A stretch of 63,939 nucleotides of DNA, the filler included, from Craspedostauros australis (lineage: Eukaryota), in NCBI GenBank assembly GCA_030167865.1. It is 5 parts of 5 records of this genome, joined end to end, with 100 filler letters (N's around TTAATTAATTAA, not from the genome) between each part and the next. Parts side by side here need not be neighbours in the genome. Positions count along the whole stretch, not along the records: positions 1 to 20,706 come from JALAGF010003404.1; 4 more parts are not named here. The stretch is one strand, 5' to 3'. Position 1 is the stretch's first letter; each line of letters begins with the position of its first letter. The notes under the pieces were generated by a model. It was given only the letters and a program-made list of their open reading frames with translations. It searched no databases and was not told the DNA's origin. The translations under genes and the position numbers were made by a program. Of this stretch, positions 1-12,000 are shown one piece after another.

Positions 1-3000
1 CCGGCCACCTCCAAGTACTCCGTCAAGAACAGGTCGGCCTCCGAACGCTCCTGATCGAACTGGAACAGATTCACCACGATGTGATCACGTCCGTCCCAAA
101 CGCTCACCACGGTTCCTTCCACGCAACGCGCCACCACCACAACACCGTCACCGACATCATCGTAAACCCGCATGGATTTCACGGTGAAGTCGACATCCTC
201 GTCCTCCATCACGCTCGTCATGATGGAGGCGATGTTGGGGCTGTTATCGTGGTCCTTGCTGCTGCGTCCAAGCTGCAGCACAGACTGACGACCGAAGGCG
301 AGCTGGTCCTTCAGCTGCTGTTTCTCAGCACTCAGATCGTAGTCTCGTTGCGAAAACAGTGTCGCGTTGAACTCGTCGTTGTCGAGGTATCTCAGCGTTC
401 CACCTTGCATGACGCTTGGCTTGACCATGAAGGTGTCACCGTACTTGGTGGCGATGGTGTCCTCCACACGTCGGATGCGAGGGAAGGTATCATTCATGTC
501 CACAGTGAGGATGGACAGCTCGAATGCAGGAGCATCCATCTTGGCGCGCTTGGGTTGGACGATGATTTCGGTTCTGGTCAGAGGGTCGATGTCGAGCTTC
601 AAGCGGATCTGCTTGAGAGTGTTGCGACGCCATTCATCCTTCGTGGAGTCTGGAAGGATGGAGACGTAGAGAGGCACGACCGTGTTCTGGAAGATGTTGC
701 GTCGGAATGTCCAGAAGCTCGTGAAGATGCGTGCCATGGCGTACGGTGCTTCCGCATCCAGGATGACAGCTCCGATGGGTTGGTTGTGCTCGCGGATGGC
801 GGATTTGATCTCATCCTCGATCGAATGGCGGCATTCATGCAAGTCAGCAAGGTTGCTGTTGTTGACATCGCCGTCTCCGAAGATGAGGGACTCCATCTCA
901 GGACAGACATGGACCGGGACGATCTTCAACAATCCACTGCTGTTGTTGCTGTTGCTGTTGCTCTTCTCCAATGCGGAGGCAGAAAGACACCTGCTGGATT
1001 GGCTGCCACAGAACACAACCACCATGGAGCCATCCGCAACATCCATCGCATCCGTGATGGCACCCAGCGATGTCGCAAGGAAGTCATCGTCAGCCATCAG
1101 GCTTTCGATGGTGGCTGCAGCTGCAGGTGTTGGAGTGGTGCCGGTGGTAGTGGCAGATGGAACAGCCGCAGTTGCATCCTCCTCGGACGTATCACACTTG
1201 CGGGTGTGAGTGGTGAGATCTGGACCAATGAGCTTCGTGTCTTCCTCCCACGAGTTGTTGCCGTACATTCCAGACACGATGACGCGGTACGACGAGACGG
1301 AGCCCTTTACGGCATCGTTGCCGGCTCCGAGAGCCTTCACCAACGCCGTTCGTGTGGCGTCCATCTTCTCGAAGCGTCCCCACAGATGGATGTCCAATCC
1401 AACGTACGATCGTCCCTTCCACCAGCGGGCGATCACGTATCCCTCCGCCATCATGATCACGATGTCACTGCTCTTATCATCATCATCATCATCCCCAGCA
1501 TCGTCGTCGTCGTCGTCGTCTTTGTTGTTACCGTCGGCGACGATGGATGTGAAACCAAGACCCTCCAGGGCTGTCATCAGCGCAGATTCGATGGTGTTCA
1601 ACGGAATGGCGCAGTGCTCCACCTCGATCACCATCAGCATACCTTCGCTCTTGCCCTTTCGGATACCCTCGGCCTTCTTCTGGTCTTCGATGGCTTCAGC
1701 CAGAGCATCGCAGGATCCGTCTGTGGTTGGATCGTTGATCTTGTAGTCACGCCACAGGTAGTACTGGTGGGGGTAGTCGTCGATCTCTGGCAACAGGAGG
1801 TTGTCGACGCCATGATCCGTCATCTTGTCATGATGGTAGAAATCGATGTGGTTGCTGCCCATGATCATGGACTGGTCGCAGATCATGGGGTTGTCGTAGA
1901 AGTGGACATCCACGGAGTAATCGAAGGTGGCGGAGATCTTTTCGAAGTGCGGTTCGTTCTTCACCATGATACCACCTGGTTTGACGAGCAGTGCCATGGC
2001 GTTGAGGATATCGAGATGCTCGGTGACGGTGAGGCTGGCTCCCGTTTCGGACACGTCCACCATGACGAAGTCGAATGAGTTCATGTACTCTCTGGGGAGG
2101 AGGAGGAGAGACTTGGTGGCATCACCGAACCACCATTCGACCCTGTCATCGTGGAAGTGCGGATCTGTGTGGAACCATTCGAATGCGTTGCGCACGACGA
2201 CCTGATCGAGTTCCAGTCCGATGACGAGCTCGAGGTTAGGGTACTTGAGCACCTCCTGGAGGATCATCGAATCACCACCACCGATGAAGGCGACGCGCTT
2301 CAATTCTGGCAGGTATCTTGCTGCGTAGTTGACGGCGTACTCGTGGTAGTGCGGTCTGTAGTTGTCGCAGATCTGGACGATGTTATCCAGCGTCATGCAA
2401 ACATTCACATCTCCATCATCCTCCGTGCGCCTGCGGAACACGATCTGCTGATACTCGGACATCACCTTTTGCCATTCCTGGTAGTTGGTGAAGTTCCTCA
2501 CAACGTCTGAATCACACGATTCTTGTCTCTCGGGCACGATCTCCTTTTCGGACTGGAGAGTGTGGTAGAGCTGGTTGAGGAAGCATTCGCTTCCAATGTG
2601 ATCAAAGCAGTCCGCTTCGTTCGCCATGGGCGAGTTCGGGTCTTTCAACATGTCTGTGTCGTTGATGGACCGCAGCATATTCGCTGCTGCCAGCAACTCG
2701 GATTCAATGAAATTGACGACGAGGTTCCATTCTTCCTCTGAAATGACATCGGTTGTATTGCGTGCGAATGCCCACTCATCTGGTCCAGAGCTGAGTTCTT
2801 CATGTACCCGAGCAAGCTGGCTGACGTAGATTTCCAGCATCTCTGGTCCATCGTCGTCGATTGGTTCCATGTCCCATTCAACGGTGAACCTTCCTGCACC
2901 TTCATCAGCGCCACCGTGCTTGGACGGATCGTTTTCTTCGATGTCTGCAATGAGCCGCGCGTAGGTCTGTGCGTTGTAGAAGAACGCCCATGTCTGAGGA

Positions 3001-4299
3001 TAATCCGGAATGAAGCCGTACTGGCCAAACAGTTCTGCGAATGCACGAGTCGTGATGGGTAGTGGGGCATGGGGTGGAGTAGAGTCAGAAACGGTTGGGG
3101 GTGCATGGGGTGGCGTGGGCAAGTCATGGAGGTGTGCGCATTGTCAGTTGTTGGTTCCATCTCATGCCATGCAGCGTGGGTAACGTACTGCGCGCTGAAT
3201 TGTATAGTGCAGCGTACGAATGCAGGAGAGACCATTCAGTCGGGGAATATCAAGCTGCTTGAATTCGAACTCGATCCAATTGAAGTCAGGCTGCATGTGA
3301 TACGTTGCGGCGTTGGCACCACTCTCACAAGAGCCACAGCCACGGCCACTCCCATTTTTGCTTCCACTTGGGCTTGTAGCCATCCCACGTACCTATTGTG
3401 CCGTAGTATCTTGGCCTCTCCATCGTGGGTGGATCCAGGTAGGAGTACGCGATGGGTTCGCCAGCTTCGATGGTTCTGGTGGCGAAGAAGGAAATCTCCT
3501 CATCAACACGAGAGTCGACGTTGTCAAGTTCTGGATCGCTGACGTGATTGTAGAAATCGAACATGGGGATGAGGAGGTTGAAGTTGGCTCGGGACACCAC
3601 CGCGATGACGGCACGGTCCGCAACGGGACTCCGCTGTCCCATGCACTCGTTCTCCCAAATGTCCAGCCAGTTGATGCCTTCGAAGGGTGCCAATTGCTGG
3701 TACACCGTCGTTCCTTTGAGAACGGAGTCAAACATCTGCCTCGCCTGTTGGCTCCATGCACTTGGATTCCCAGTCATGTCGGCGTTCATGAGGTAGTTCA
3801 CGTAAGGCGCGAAGTAGGACTCCTCCCCCAGCTCCACTTGCTTGATGAGCTCCGTGACCGTGTGACATTCGAGCTCCACGCTTGGGAATTCATCGTCGCC
3901 CGCCTTGGCAATGATGTGATCCCATGGAATGCGCATCAGCTCTTCGCCTTCTTCGATCCTCTCCTGGGCGAACATGCCGAGTCCAACCTCGGATCCGGAA
4001 TGGAATGCTGTGTCCTTCGCCTTCCTCACGACCTGCTTGTCGTTGAAGAACCCCTCCGGAGCATTGTTCAACCAATCGATGACTTCGTTGATCCTTGCGT
4101 CAGTCGATGGGGAAAAATCTTTGTCAGAGGTGGTGGGCCTTGCCGCGACCATCAACGACGACGATGGTCGAGGATGGGTTGATGCGCAGGACAGCAGGGC
4201 CAAGAGAAAGAGAGTTCTCCATGACAACGGCAGGCTGGCTTTCATCCAGCTGCAGGACGCCCTCATGTTGCTCATTCCTGCCGTCATCCGTGGTGCCAT
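1..4299 (-). CDS. Multidomain SET methyltransferase / aminopropyltransferase (spermidine-synthase-like) / degenerate AdoMetDC fusion; candidate long-chain polyamine synthesis protein. Exons 4299-3393 and 3034-<1; 3' end lies outside the window
   Basis: Exon 1 (part of ORF 3325..4593) has a hydrophobic signal-like stretch TLFLLALLSCAS and SET motifs GLGMFA, LIPMFDFYNH and FFATRTIEAGEPIAYSY. A GT-AG intron at 3035-3392 (ATAG|GTACGT...TCGCAG|AA) restores YGTIELFGQYGF. Manual translation of exon 2 gives LDNIVQICDNYRPHYHE, FIGGGDSMILQEVLKYPNLELVIGLELDQ and FDFVMVDVSETG, then AdoMetDC-like IMMAEGYVIARWWKGRSYVGLDIHLWG. The frame stays open to position 1. Start codon uncertain. Confidence 0.88.
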
Positions 4300-5012
4300 C
4301 GTCGACAATGTCAATTTCTCAGATGGCAGGGATGGTGAACGATGATGATCGGTCTTCGAAGCCTTTGTTCCGAGTATGGTTGCACCTGTGAATTGCATGT
4401 ACCAATCCCGCACAAATCGAGTCGAGTCGAGTACGACTATGGTATGATGGAGAGCGTGGAGCGGGAGATGATGATGATGATGATGATGATGTCTCTTCGG
4501 ATGCGTTCCCTCCACTTTTTGGGTCCTGTCAGTGCGATCACAGCACAAATGTGAGAAGCAAAATCTATCCGTTGGATTTTCGCCTTTTGTCACAGTCGAC
4601 CCAAACGACCGTAGTCAGTCATGTCCCGTTTGTGACGTCACTACGAATGAAAATGGACTAGTCTTGGCTGTAGACTTCCACCATTTGCTTCGGTGAAGTA
4701 CAAGCACGAAGAGGAACGAGATTAGCGCCGACCACTACCCCAAGCGCTTGCGTGGATGCCCGAATGTGTGTTTATGATTTAATTAGATTCTTCCAGGACC
4801 TTGCGGTGTGCTGATGCCAATGGTCCGTAGTCCATTGCCCAGATATCACTCCATTCCATGTTCATATTTCCAGCCACGAACAAGCTGCCCCCGCTTCTGT
4901 CGAGCAAGGTGTTTTATTTCCCCGTCGTTCCGCATCAACACATCTGTACTCCACAAATGCGCGTCATATGAGTGCATGAATGCTACGCCTTGTCTTCTGC
5001 TGTTCTCGCAGC

Positions 5013-8000
5013 TCAAGCAAATGTGACGGTTTCGTCGTCGCTGGCGGCATCTCTGCCGTTGCCTCTGCCGTCACGGTTGCTCCCGTCGGGCTTGTTGGCG
5101 CAGCGTCGGTGAGATGATGAATTGCATGGGATGCTCATCGATTGGCAGGAGGTGGAGTCGTCGGCGTCCTGCTCTGCCTCATCCAGCGTCGCAAAGACCT
5201 TGTCCAGAACTTGGCGCATGTCGGCCTTCAGCGTTTCTTGCAAGTAATCGCGTTCCAGCTTGCGTTGTTTGCCGAGCTTCTTCACGATGGGAGGGACGAT
5301 TTGCTGGAACATGGTGCTCATTTCGGTGCGGATGATGTCGCGGATGGCGTCCATCTCTTCGAACGACACCATCATGTCCTTGCGGTTGATCTCGGCACTC
5401 CGCATTCCATGTTTTGGACGATCGTACTCGTTCGGAGGTTGATGGGCCTCGTTGCTCGCGAGGAAGTCCTGATCGTTCATCGTCAAAGGCGAGGCGTCCA
5501 CGGATCTGAACTTCGAGATGGGATGCCGACGGTGACCATCGCTGCGCTTGGTATTGAGATGATGCTGTGGGTGATGATGATGATGCTGGTGACGCCGGTA
5601 ATGCTGATTCTTACGAGGTGATCGCGATCGATCATGCCGTGGTAATGGTACTGTCGATGGCGCCCGTGCGGGAGGTTTGACGGCATCAGATGACATGAGC
5701 AAGTCATCCAACGTGAGAGATGTCACAGAATCATCTTCATCATCATCATCATCTCCGAAGGTCTTGCCAAACGTCTCCGGGCTCGTATCTGCCTTCTTTG
5801 GAAGCGATGGAAAGTCCTGGGCGCTGGATTTCTCGATGGAACGCTTCATCTTGACCCAGGGCGAGGTTGGGGATACGTCCGGCGTGCTGGGATCGATGCC
5901 GCTTGCCATGCAGGCCATGGACAGACTATGGGCTGCCCTATCCGAGGGTCTCGCTGTTGCGGACGATCCTCGGTTGGAATGCTTTGGTAGCGGAATACCG
6001 CCGCTGAGGGTGGCGCGATGACGGCTGGACCGCAGTATCCCCAACGAGCGCTGCCGGTGCATGACGGGAGGAGTGTGACGCTGCGACAGGGACGCGCGGA
6101 ATACCATGCCATCGCTGTTGCGCCGCATGGAGCGCGGTTCCTCGACTGAATCGGTCGGCGAATGATTGGATTGCGGGTTGGACAGCGCAGGCATGGGTGG
6201 AATCTCTTCATCTTGTTGCAACGCACTGTTGAAATCGAACGATTTGGTGGGAAGGATGGGTTTCGTGTCGGCATCCACCCTGTCCTCGTCGAAGCCGCGG
6301 TTGTGCGCAAGATCTCGAATGTCGGGGTAGGAGACACCGCGTCGCAAGATCATCTCGGGCGATGTGATGGGCGAAATTGGGGAGGCGGTTCCCCTGCTGG
6401 TGTCCACCGATGTCGACAGATGCAGCTGGCAGCGACTCGGCGAGCTGCTGCCATCGCGCGAGGTCAGACGGTTCATCGGCCTCGAATTGACGCTGATGGA
6501 GATTTCTTCCTCGTCGTCTGTATCATCGTGGACATCATCGTGGATACCTGCGTGGACATCACCGCCGTTGTCATTCTCCTCGATTTCATGACAGCGATCA
6601 TTGGCAGTGTCGCTCTTCTCGATGCCATCATCACTGTCGGCATGATGGAAACTTCCGCTGTGCGCACTGTTGGAACTGACAGCAGGTGGCTGGCTGACGG
6701 CAGTAATTTCGGACACAGCAATGGCGGCTGGACCCGACATGGAACTCTTCCGCTTCTTATGCTTGAACTTGCGACGCCGTGCGCGACGCTGCTCCTTCCT
6801 CGCTGTCGTGTGGGAGGATGACGAGGATGCAGATCCCTCGACACAGCGCGTGGGTGCAACGGGAGGCCCTCGCCTGCGACGTTGCTTCTGCGGCAGGTAA
6901 TCATGACGGAAGCTGGTGATGTCGTCCCACAGCGAGTCGCAGCTCTTTGACTTTCCCTTCTGCCAGCGCCTCGTGTGTATTTCCTTGCGGGCCGTGGATA
7001 TGTTATCGAAGGATCTGGGTCGTCGCATGCACTCAGCCGGATGCTTTTCCTCCTTCTTGACCTTCGAATCCCTCCAGTTCTTCGAGCAGCGTCTGCGATA
7101 CAGCGTCGAATGCGAGACTGGTTGGACTGGCGCGTTGGTCGACACGGAGTGATTCGACGAGGAATCCTGGTTGGTTCTGTCGGCATAGGGCTGCAAGTGT
7201 TGCTGCTGCTGTTCTGGTTCGAATTGCATGTGCATTTGGAGGATATCCTCCACTGACGATATGGACGGTTCGGAGAGGGCCGGCACGCTGGATGGATAGC
7301 TCGTGCTTTCACCACTCGAACCGGCGCCATACGGGAACGAGGATGACGATGAGAGCTGCACCGACCGAGTCCTTCGGATGCCCTCGGATACGCGCAGGAC
7401 CTCCACTTCGCTGTCGGATGAGATGGATGCCGCGAATGAATTGCGACTTGACGAGCGTTGGCTGTTGCTGTTGCTGTTGCCGCTGCTGACATGGTTGCTT
7501 GTGGTGGTGTCATTGGTATTTGCGTGAGTAGCAGCTTTGGCTGTGCTCGCTGAATGCGGATCAAGGGACACTTCCGTCGCCACTGCTTCTCCTGCGGTTG
7601 TCAATGGAATATTTGCAGATCCCGGCGACCTGGACGCCGAGGATGACGAGAATGATAATGATTCCGGATCTGCCGATTCATCCGGATTGGATGTAGTCGT
7701 TGCCGTTGTTGTTATCGCATGGAAAGCTTGATGGTCATGTCCTTGCAGTTGTTGCAGACTTGACGATGAGTCGCGTTGGTAGGCGAGGGTGTCATCATTC
7801 TTGAGAAAACTGAGATCGCGACTGCTGCCACCAAACCATGGCACCGTCTGCTCTGTGGCATCCGTCAAACGTTTTTGGAACAGGCGGGGCTTGGGATTTG
7901 ATTGTGGTGCAGATCGAATGTTGCTGTGGCAGTGCTGTGGTCGGCTGTCCATGTGAGTGTCGCCCTCATGAGTGTTGTCGTCGTCCTCAGCATGCTGATT

Positions 8001-9074
8001 CTGTTGCTGATCATTGAGACCAATTTCAATGTCGAAGTGAGGATTGTGCGCATCGGTACCGGTTGGAGAAGCGGGGAACAATGAGTGGCTTGGCATCACT
8101 CTCGCTGTTGTCGTTGATGCTGATGTTGTTGTCGTGGAAGGTGGCAGCGATGCCGATTTGGTTGGACGTTGGCGCCGTGGTGACCATGATGCTGGTGGAA
8201 GTGGAGATGCAGGCCCCAATGGTTGCTGCGTTCGCCGTCCTCTGAGTGATGTGTCATGGAAGCCCGCGGGTCCGGCCATTTGCATTTGCATTTGCGCGTG
8301 AGTTTGTTGTTGCGTTTGAGGCTGCAGCTGCATGCTGGTCTGACTGGTGTTGAGGATGCTGGGAGTCTGAAGGCTGTAGAAGGAGCTGGCGCTGTTGGAA
8401 AAGAAGGAGGTGGTGGACTCTGTCCAGAACCTGTTGCTGTTGGGTCGCTTCGGTGACAGAGATTGGACGGAATGATGGTGGCTTGACGAAGTGATGGTGG
8501 GCGCCGCCGTAGTCATTGTGGTCTGGGAAAGCTGGAAGTCGATGGAGGCCATTGCATCCATGTTGCGTTGCTGTTTGGTCAAAGCAGGTGTAGGTGTAGG
8601 TGCAGAAGTGGTGGTAGGTATAGAAGCGGGAGTGGGGGCAGAAGCCGACGTCAAAGCTGTAGTCGATGTTGACATGGATGGTGTGGATGCTTTGGATGGC
8701 TTGGAAGTTGAGGCTCTGTTCTGCTTCTTCGATGTCTGCTTGTGTCTCTGGGTCAACGAACGAAGGAACCCCTTGAAGCGTGGCATGGAAGAGTTTCTGT
8801 TGCCTCTGTCGCTGTTGCCATTGTTGCTGTTACTGCCATTGTTGCTATTGTTGCTATTGTTGCTATTGTTGCTATTGTTGCCATTGTTGCCATTGTTGCT
8901 ATCAATGGTCTCAACAGCATCGGAAGTATGGACGGCATCGGCAGTATGAATGGAAGGGACGCTGGCCGATGGCATGGTCGGCAGACAAGGGTTGCCACCG
9001 TCTTCGCTGCCGCAATCGCAGTCTCCGTCTGTGGCAGCAGTTCTCGAAGCGAGGTTCGGGACGTTGCTGGCCAT
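5013..9074 (-). CDS. Hypothetical 1353-aa low-complexity, largely disordered protein
   Basis: Long uninterrupted ATG ORF, rich in S/T/N/Q/H, with a basic NLS-like patch (RRARRRKFKHKKRK) and a helical C-terminal segment. No recognisable domain. Confidence 0.55.
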   Translation of the reverse strand: MASNVPNLASRTAATDGDCDCGSEDGGNPCLPTMPSASVPSIHTADAVHTSDAVETIDSNNGNNGNNSNNSNNSNNSNNGSNSNNGNSDRGNRNSSMPRFKGFLRSLTQRHKQTSKKQNRASTSKPSKASTPSMSTSTTALTSASAPTPASIPTTTSAPTPTPALTKQQRNMDAMASIDFQLSQTTMTTAAPTITSSSHHHSVQSLSPKRPNSNRFWTESTTSFFSNSASSFYSLQTPSILNTSQTSMQLQPQTQQQTHAQMQMQMAGPAGFHDTSLRGRRTQQPLGPASPLPPASWSPRRQRPTKSASLPPSTTTTSASTTTARVMPSHSLFPASPTGTDAHNPHFDIEIGLNDQQQNQHAEDDDNTHEGDTHMDSRPQHCHSNIRSAPQSNPKPRLFQKRLTDATEQTVPWFGGSSRDLSFLKNDDTLAYQRDSSSSLQQLQGHDHQAFHAITTTATTTSNPDESADPESLSFSSSSASRSPGSANIPLTTAGEAVATEVSLDPHSASTAKAATHANTNDTTTSNHVSSGNSNSNSQRSSSRNSFAASISSDSEVEVLRVSEGIRRTRSVQLSSSSSFPYGAGSSGESTSYPSSVPALSEPSISSVEDILQMHMQFEPEQQQQHLQPYADRTNQDSSSNHSVSTNAPVQPVSHSTLYRRRCSKNWRDSKVKKEEKHPAECMRRPRSFDNISTARKEIHTRRWQKGKSKSCDSLWDDITSFRHDYLPQKQRRRRGPPVAPTRCVEGSASSSSSHTTARKEQRRARRRKFKHKKRKSSMSGPAAIAVSEITAVSQPPAVSSNSAHSGSFHHADSDDGIEKSDTANDRCHEIEENDNGGDVHAGIHDDVHDDTDDEEEISISVNSRPMNRLTSRDGSSSPSRCQLHLSTSVDTSRGTASPISPITSPEMILRRGVSYPDIRDLAHNRGFDEDRVDADTKPILPTKSFDFNSALQQDEEIPPMPALSNPQSNHSPTDSVEEPRSMRRNSDGMVFRASLSQRHTPPVMHRQRSLGILRSSRHRATLSGGIPLPKHSNRGSSATARPSDRAAHSLSMACMASGIDPSTPDVSPTSPWVKMKRSIEKSSAQDFPSLPKKADTSPETFGKTFGDDDDDEDDSVTSLTLDDLLMSSDAVKPPARAPSTVPLPRHDRSRSPRKNQHYRRHQHHHHHPQHHLNTKRSDGHRRHPISKFRSVDASPLTMNDQDFLASNEAHQPPNEYDRPKHGMRSAEINRKDMMVSFEEMDAIRDIIRTEMSTMFQQIVPPIVKKLGKQRKLERDYLQETLKADMRQVLDKVFATLDEAEQDADDSTSCQSMSIPCNSSSHRRCANKPDGSNRDGRGNGRDAASDDETVTFA

Positions 9075-12000
9075 GGTTGTGGCTGTTGGATGGGTGAGTT
9101 GTTGGTTGGATTGATGGGTGGATGGTTAGATGGATGAATGGTTGCTTGAGTGGCTGGTTGGATGAATGGTTCGATGGTTGGTTGTGGATTGTGAGTGGCC
9201 GATTAGTTGTTCGGCTGATCGATGGATTGGTTGTGAAGTATGGTTGGCGTTGCGTTGTGGGACAAGGCCAAGGAAGGCAGAGAATGACGGAGAGAGCACA
9301 ATGTCGCGGACTTTTACTTCTATGTTGACGGAACGAGGATGGTCAGCAACAGAGGAATAGGAGTATCCGTGTTGGAGAAGTGGCAAGTCTTTTTCTCTTT
9401 CCGTTCCGTTCCGCTCAGCTCTGCCTTCGTTCTGTCTCCGTTCTGTCTCGGTTCTGCACGTGCTGTAGTACTTGCTATACTCGTATGTGGTATTATACGA
9501 CCTATGTGCTCTATGGGATGCTTGTTGTGCCCGTATTTTCGTCTTGCTTTTGTCGCCTTGTTTGTGTGGTTGGGTGTATGGGTGTTATGAGTTGTGAATT
9601 GTCAAGCTTCGCGGTGTATTGCGTTCGTGTTTGCGTTTGTGCTTGTCACAGTGTGTGTCTATCACAGTGTGTCTGACTGTGGATGTTATGAATGATGAAT
9701 GATCCGAGCGAAGCGCAGCGTTGCGCGTGTCAGCGTGAATTATGGCCAGAATGTGCCCAAAGTGGCGTTTGTGAACGTGATCTTGTCGTCGAATGTCCTT
9801 AGGTGTTGATCGTGGTTTGTCGTTGTCATCGGTGTGTTTCTGGCGGATCGTGTTCTTTTTGGTTATGAATTATGAAGAGGCGGACTTTTCCACGTCCCCC
9901 CTTGGTCGCTCACGCAAGTATCGTGACGATGAGACACTTTGGTTTCCTCCGTTCGATGTGGTGCAGAGTAAATGTGCAGGAGGGTAGCAAGGTGCTTGTG
10001 GTGTGGGTCCAATGCTGTTGAGAGCCTTTGGCTGCTACAAGAGTGCGAATGTGTTCGAGCTCCTGGTCAATGTTGTGGCTGGACGTTGCGTTGCGTTGCT
10101 TTGCTTTGCGTTGTGTTGTGGGAGAGGATAGCGACGAACAACAAAGACGAAAGTCGACCGAGCAGGTCTGGAGGAGGATGTGATCCTTGTTGGCACAGCT
10201 CCTCCTCCTCTTCTCTGTCTGCCTTTTCGTCACAATCCAACCGATACAGATGATGGATCGACACGCACTCTCGTTCTGCTTTGGTTGCAATTGCAATTAC
10301 ACTTGCACTTGCACTTGCAATGCCACCCTCTCTCTCTGTCTGGATCAGCAAGGAAGGAAGGCTGATGGTGCGTATGGCACAACCTTGTGAACGAGAGTAC
10401 GCTGCACCTCCTCTTGGCCTTCACTCGCACAGTGGCCGACGTGATCACCTCCAACGGAGCGTTGGACGGTGCCGTCTCCACAATCCAAACAAGAAGGAGC
10501 CGCAAGGTACTCCACCAAGCTGGTGCGTTGCTTGACTGATACGCAGATCGCCTGATAAGCTGGTTGCCAGGATGGCTGGACGATCGCTGAACTCAACCTA
10601 CTGATGTCTCCTTCTTCTCTTGCCTTCAGCCATCAATCGATCAATCGGTTGCTTGACGAAGCCGACAAGGCGATCCACCGGTTGATGGATGTTCGAAGGC
10701 TCGATGTCCGATGTTGGATGGGGTGACTTGAGATGGCAAATGAGGGTTGGTTTGGGTACCTGGCGGAAGTTGGCAGTGATGCCTTTCTGTCCGAATGACG
10801 GTCCGATCGTGATGCTGGATTGATGCCTGTGGACATCCAAACCAAGACCACACGACCTTCCCCTGTTAGTTATTTTGTGCCCCTTCCTGTGGTCACGATC
10901 AACAAACCGCCGGCACCGAAATTGTTGCCAATCGCCATCAATGAATGAACGAACGGACGGACGAATGCACGGAATGATGCAGGTGTAGTGATGGTTGGGT
11001 GAACATCCCCATGTGTTATACCGACGAACCAGTGAGCACAACCACAATCACAAACACTGTCACCGTAAAACAAGCTGATCGTCACAGCACTGAGTCAAGT
11101 GCCAACTCATCAACAATCAGCATTGGCATGTCGCGGTGCGCGATGATGGATGGCGAGATTTCGATGACAGACAGGTTGATGGGCGTTCCTCTCTCATCAT
11201 TTTCGTCGAACCGCCATGGCGCATTCGTGGGTGGGTATCATCGGGACCAAAGGCAAGAAGTTCGCACCATTTTTTCAAATTTGTGGGCCAACTCCGCGAG
11301 GTTGTACGTTGCGTGGTTCCAAGTGTTCATGTCGAGCACATGGCAACATTCGAAAAAATGGCGACCCTTCGACAAAATTGGCTGGGCTTAATTGTGCCGC
11401 TTCTCGCCACCGGAAGAAAACATCCCTCCCATCGGACTTTCTCGGACTTCGTCTTGTTTCTTGGATGATCCGTCATTAATCGAAGTGGTCGACTATTCGT
11501 ATTGGTTCCATCGAGTCATTCAACTGAAATGATGAATCGTGTTTCAATTGAAGCCGAGTCACGAATTCTAGCCGCGATGACAACTCCGTCGAGTCGGAGT
11601 CGTCCACGACTTGGTTGGTTTGTTTTTTTGCGTTGGCCGCAACGTCGTGTTCTGCCATGTGTCGTGGGTTGCGGAGCGCGGTTTGTCGCAATTCTGCCGC
11701 GTTCGGTGTGTTCGTTCCGAAGAAGCGCGAGAGAGACGGAAGGGAGACATCTTGTGCGCTTCGTCTTTTGGTGTTGCGGTGGTTTGTGGTTGTGGTTGTG
11801 GTTGTGTTTGCAGTTGCGATGAACTCGTGCGAGCGTCTTTCCGTTGCTGGGTGAGAGCCGCATCCATGTGATTGCGAGGGCTGTTACGACATCGCCTGTG
11901 AGCAAGTCCATGATGGTGGGAAGGGACGGGACCCCAATGCGCCAGTTGGTTCCACTCCGATGTTGGCATGCAACTCCGATTTACCCTCTTCTTTTTAGAT

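Noticed and set aside
81..2078. 665-aa plus-strand ORF (and 3313..4182)
   Set aside because: Codon-aligned antisense shadows of the minus-strand polyamine fusion gene; no motifs of their own.
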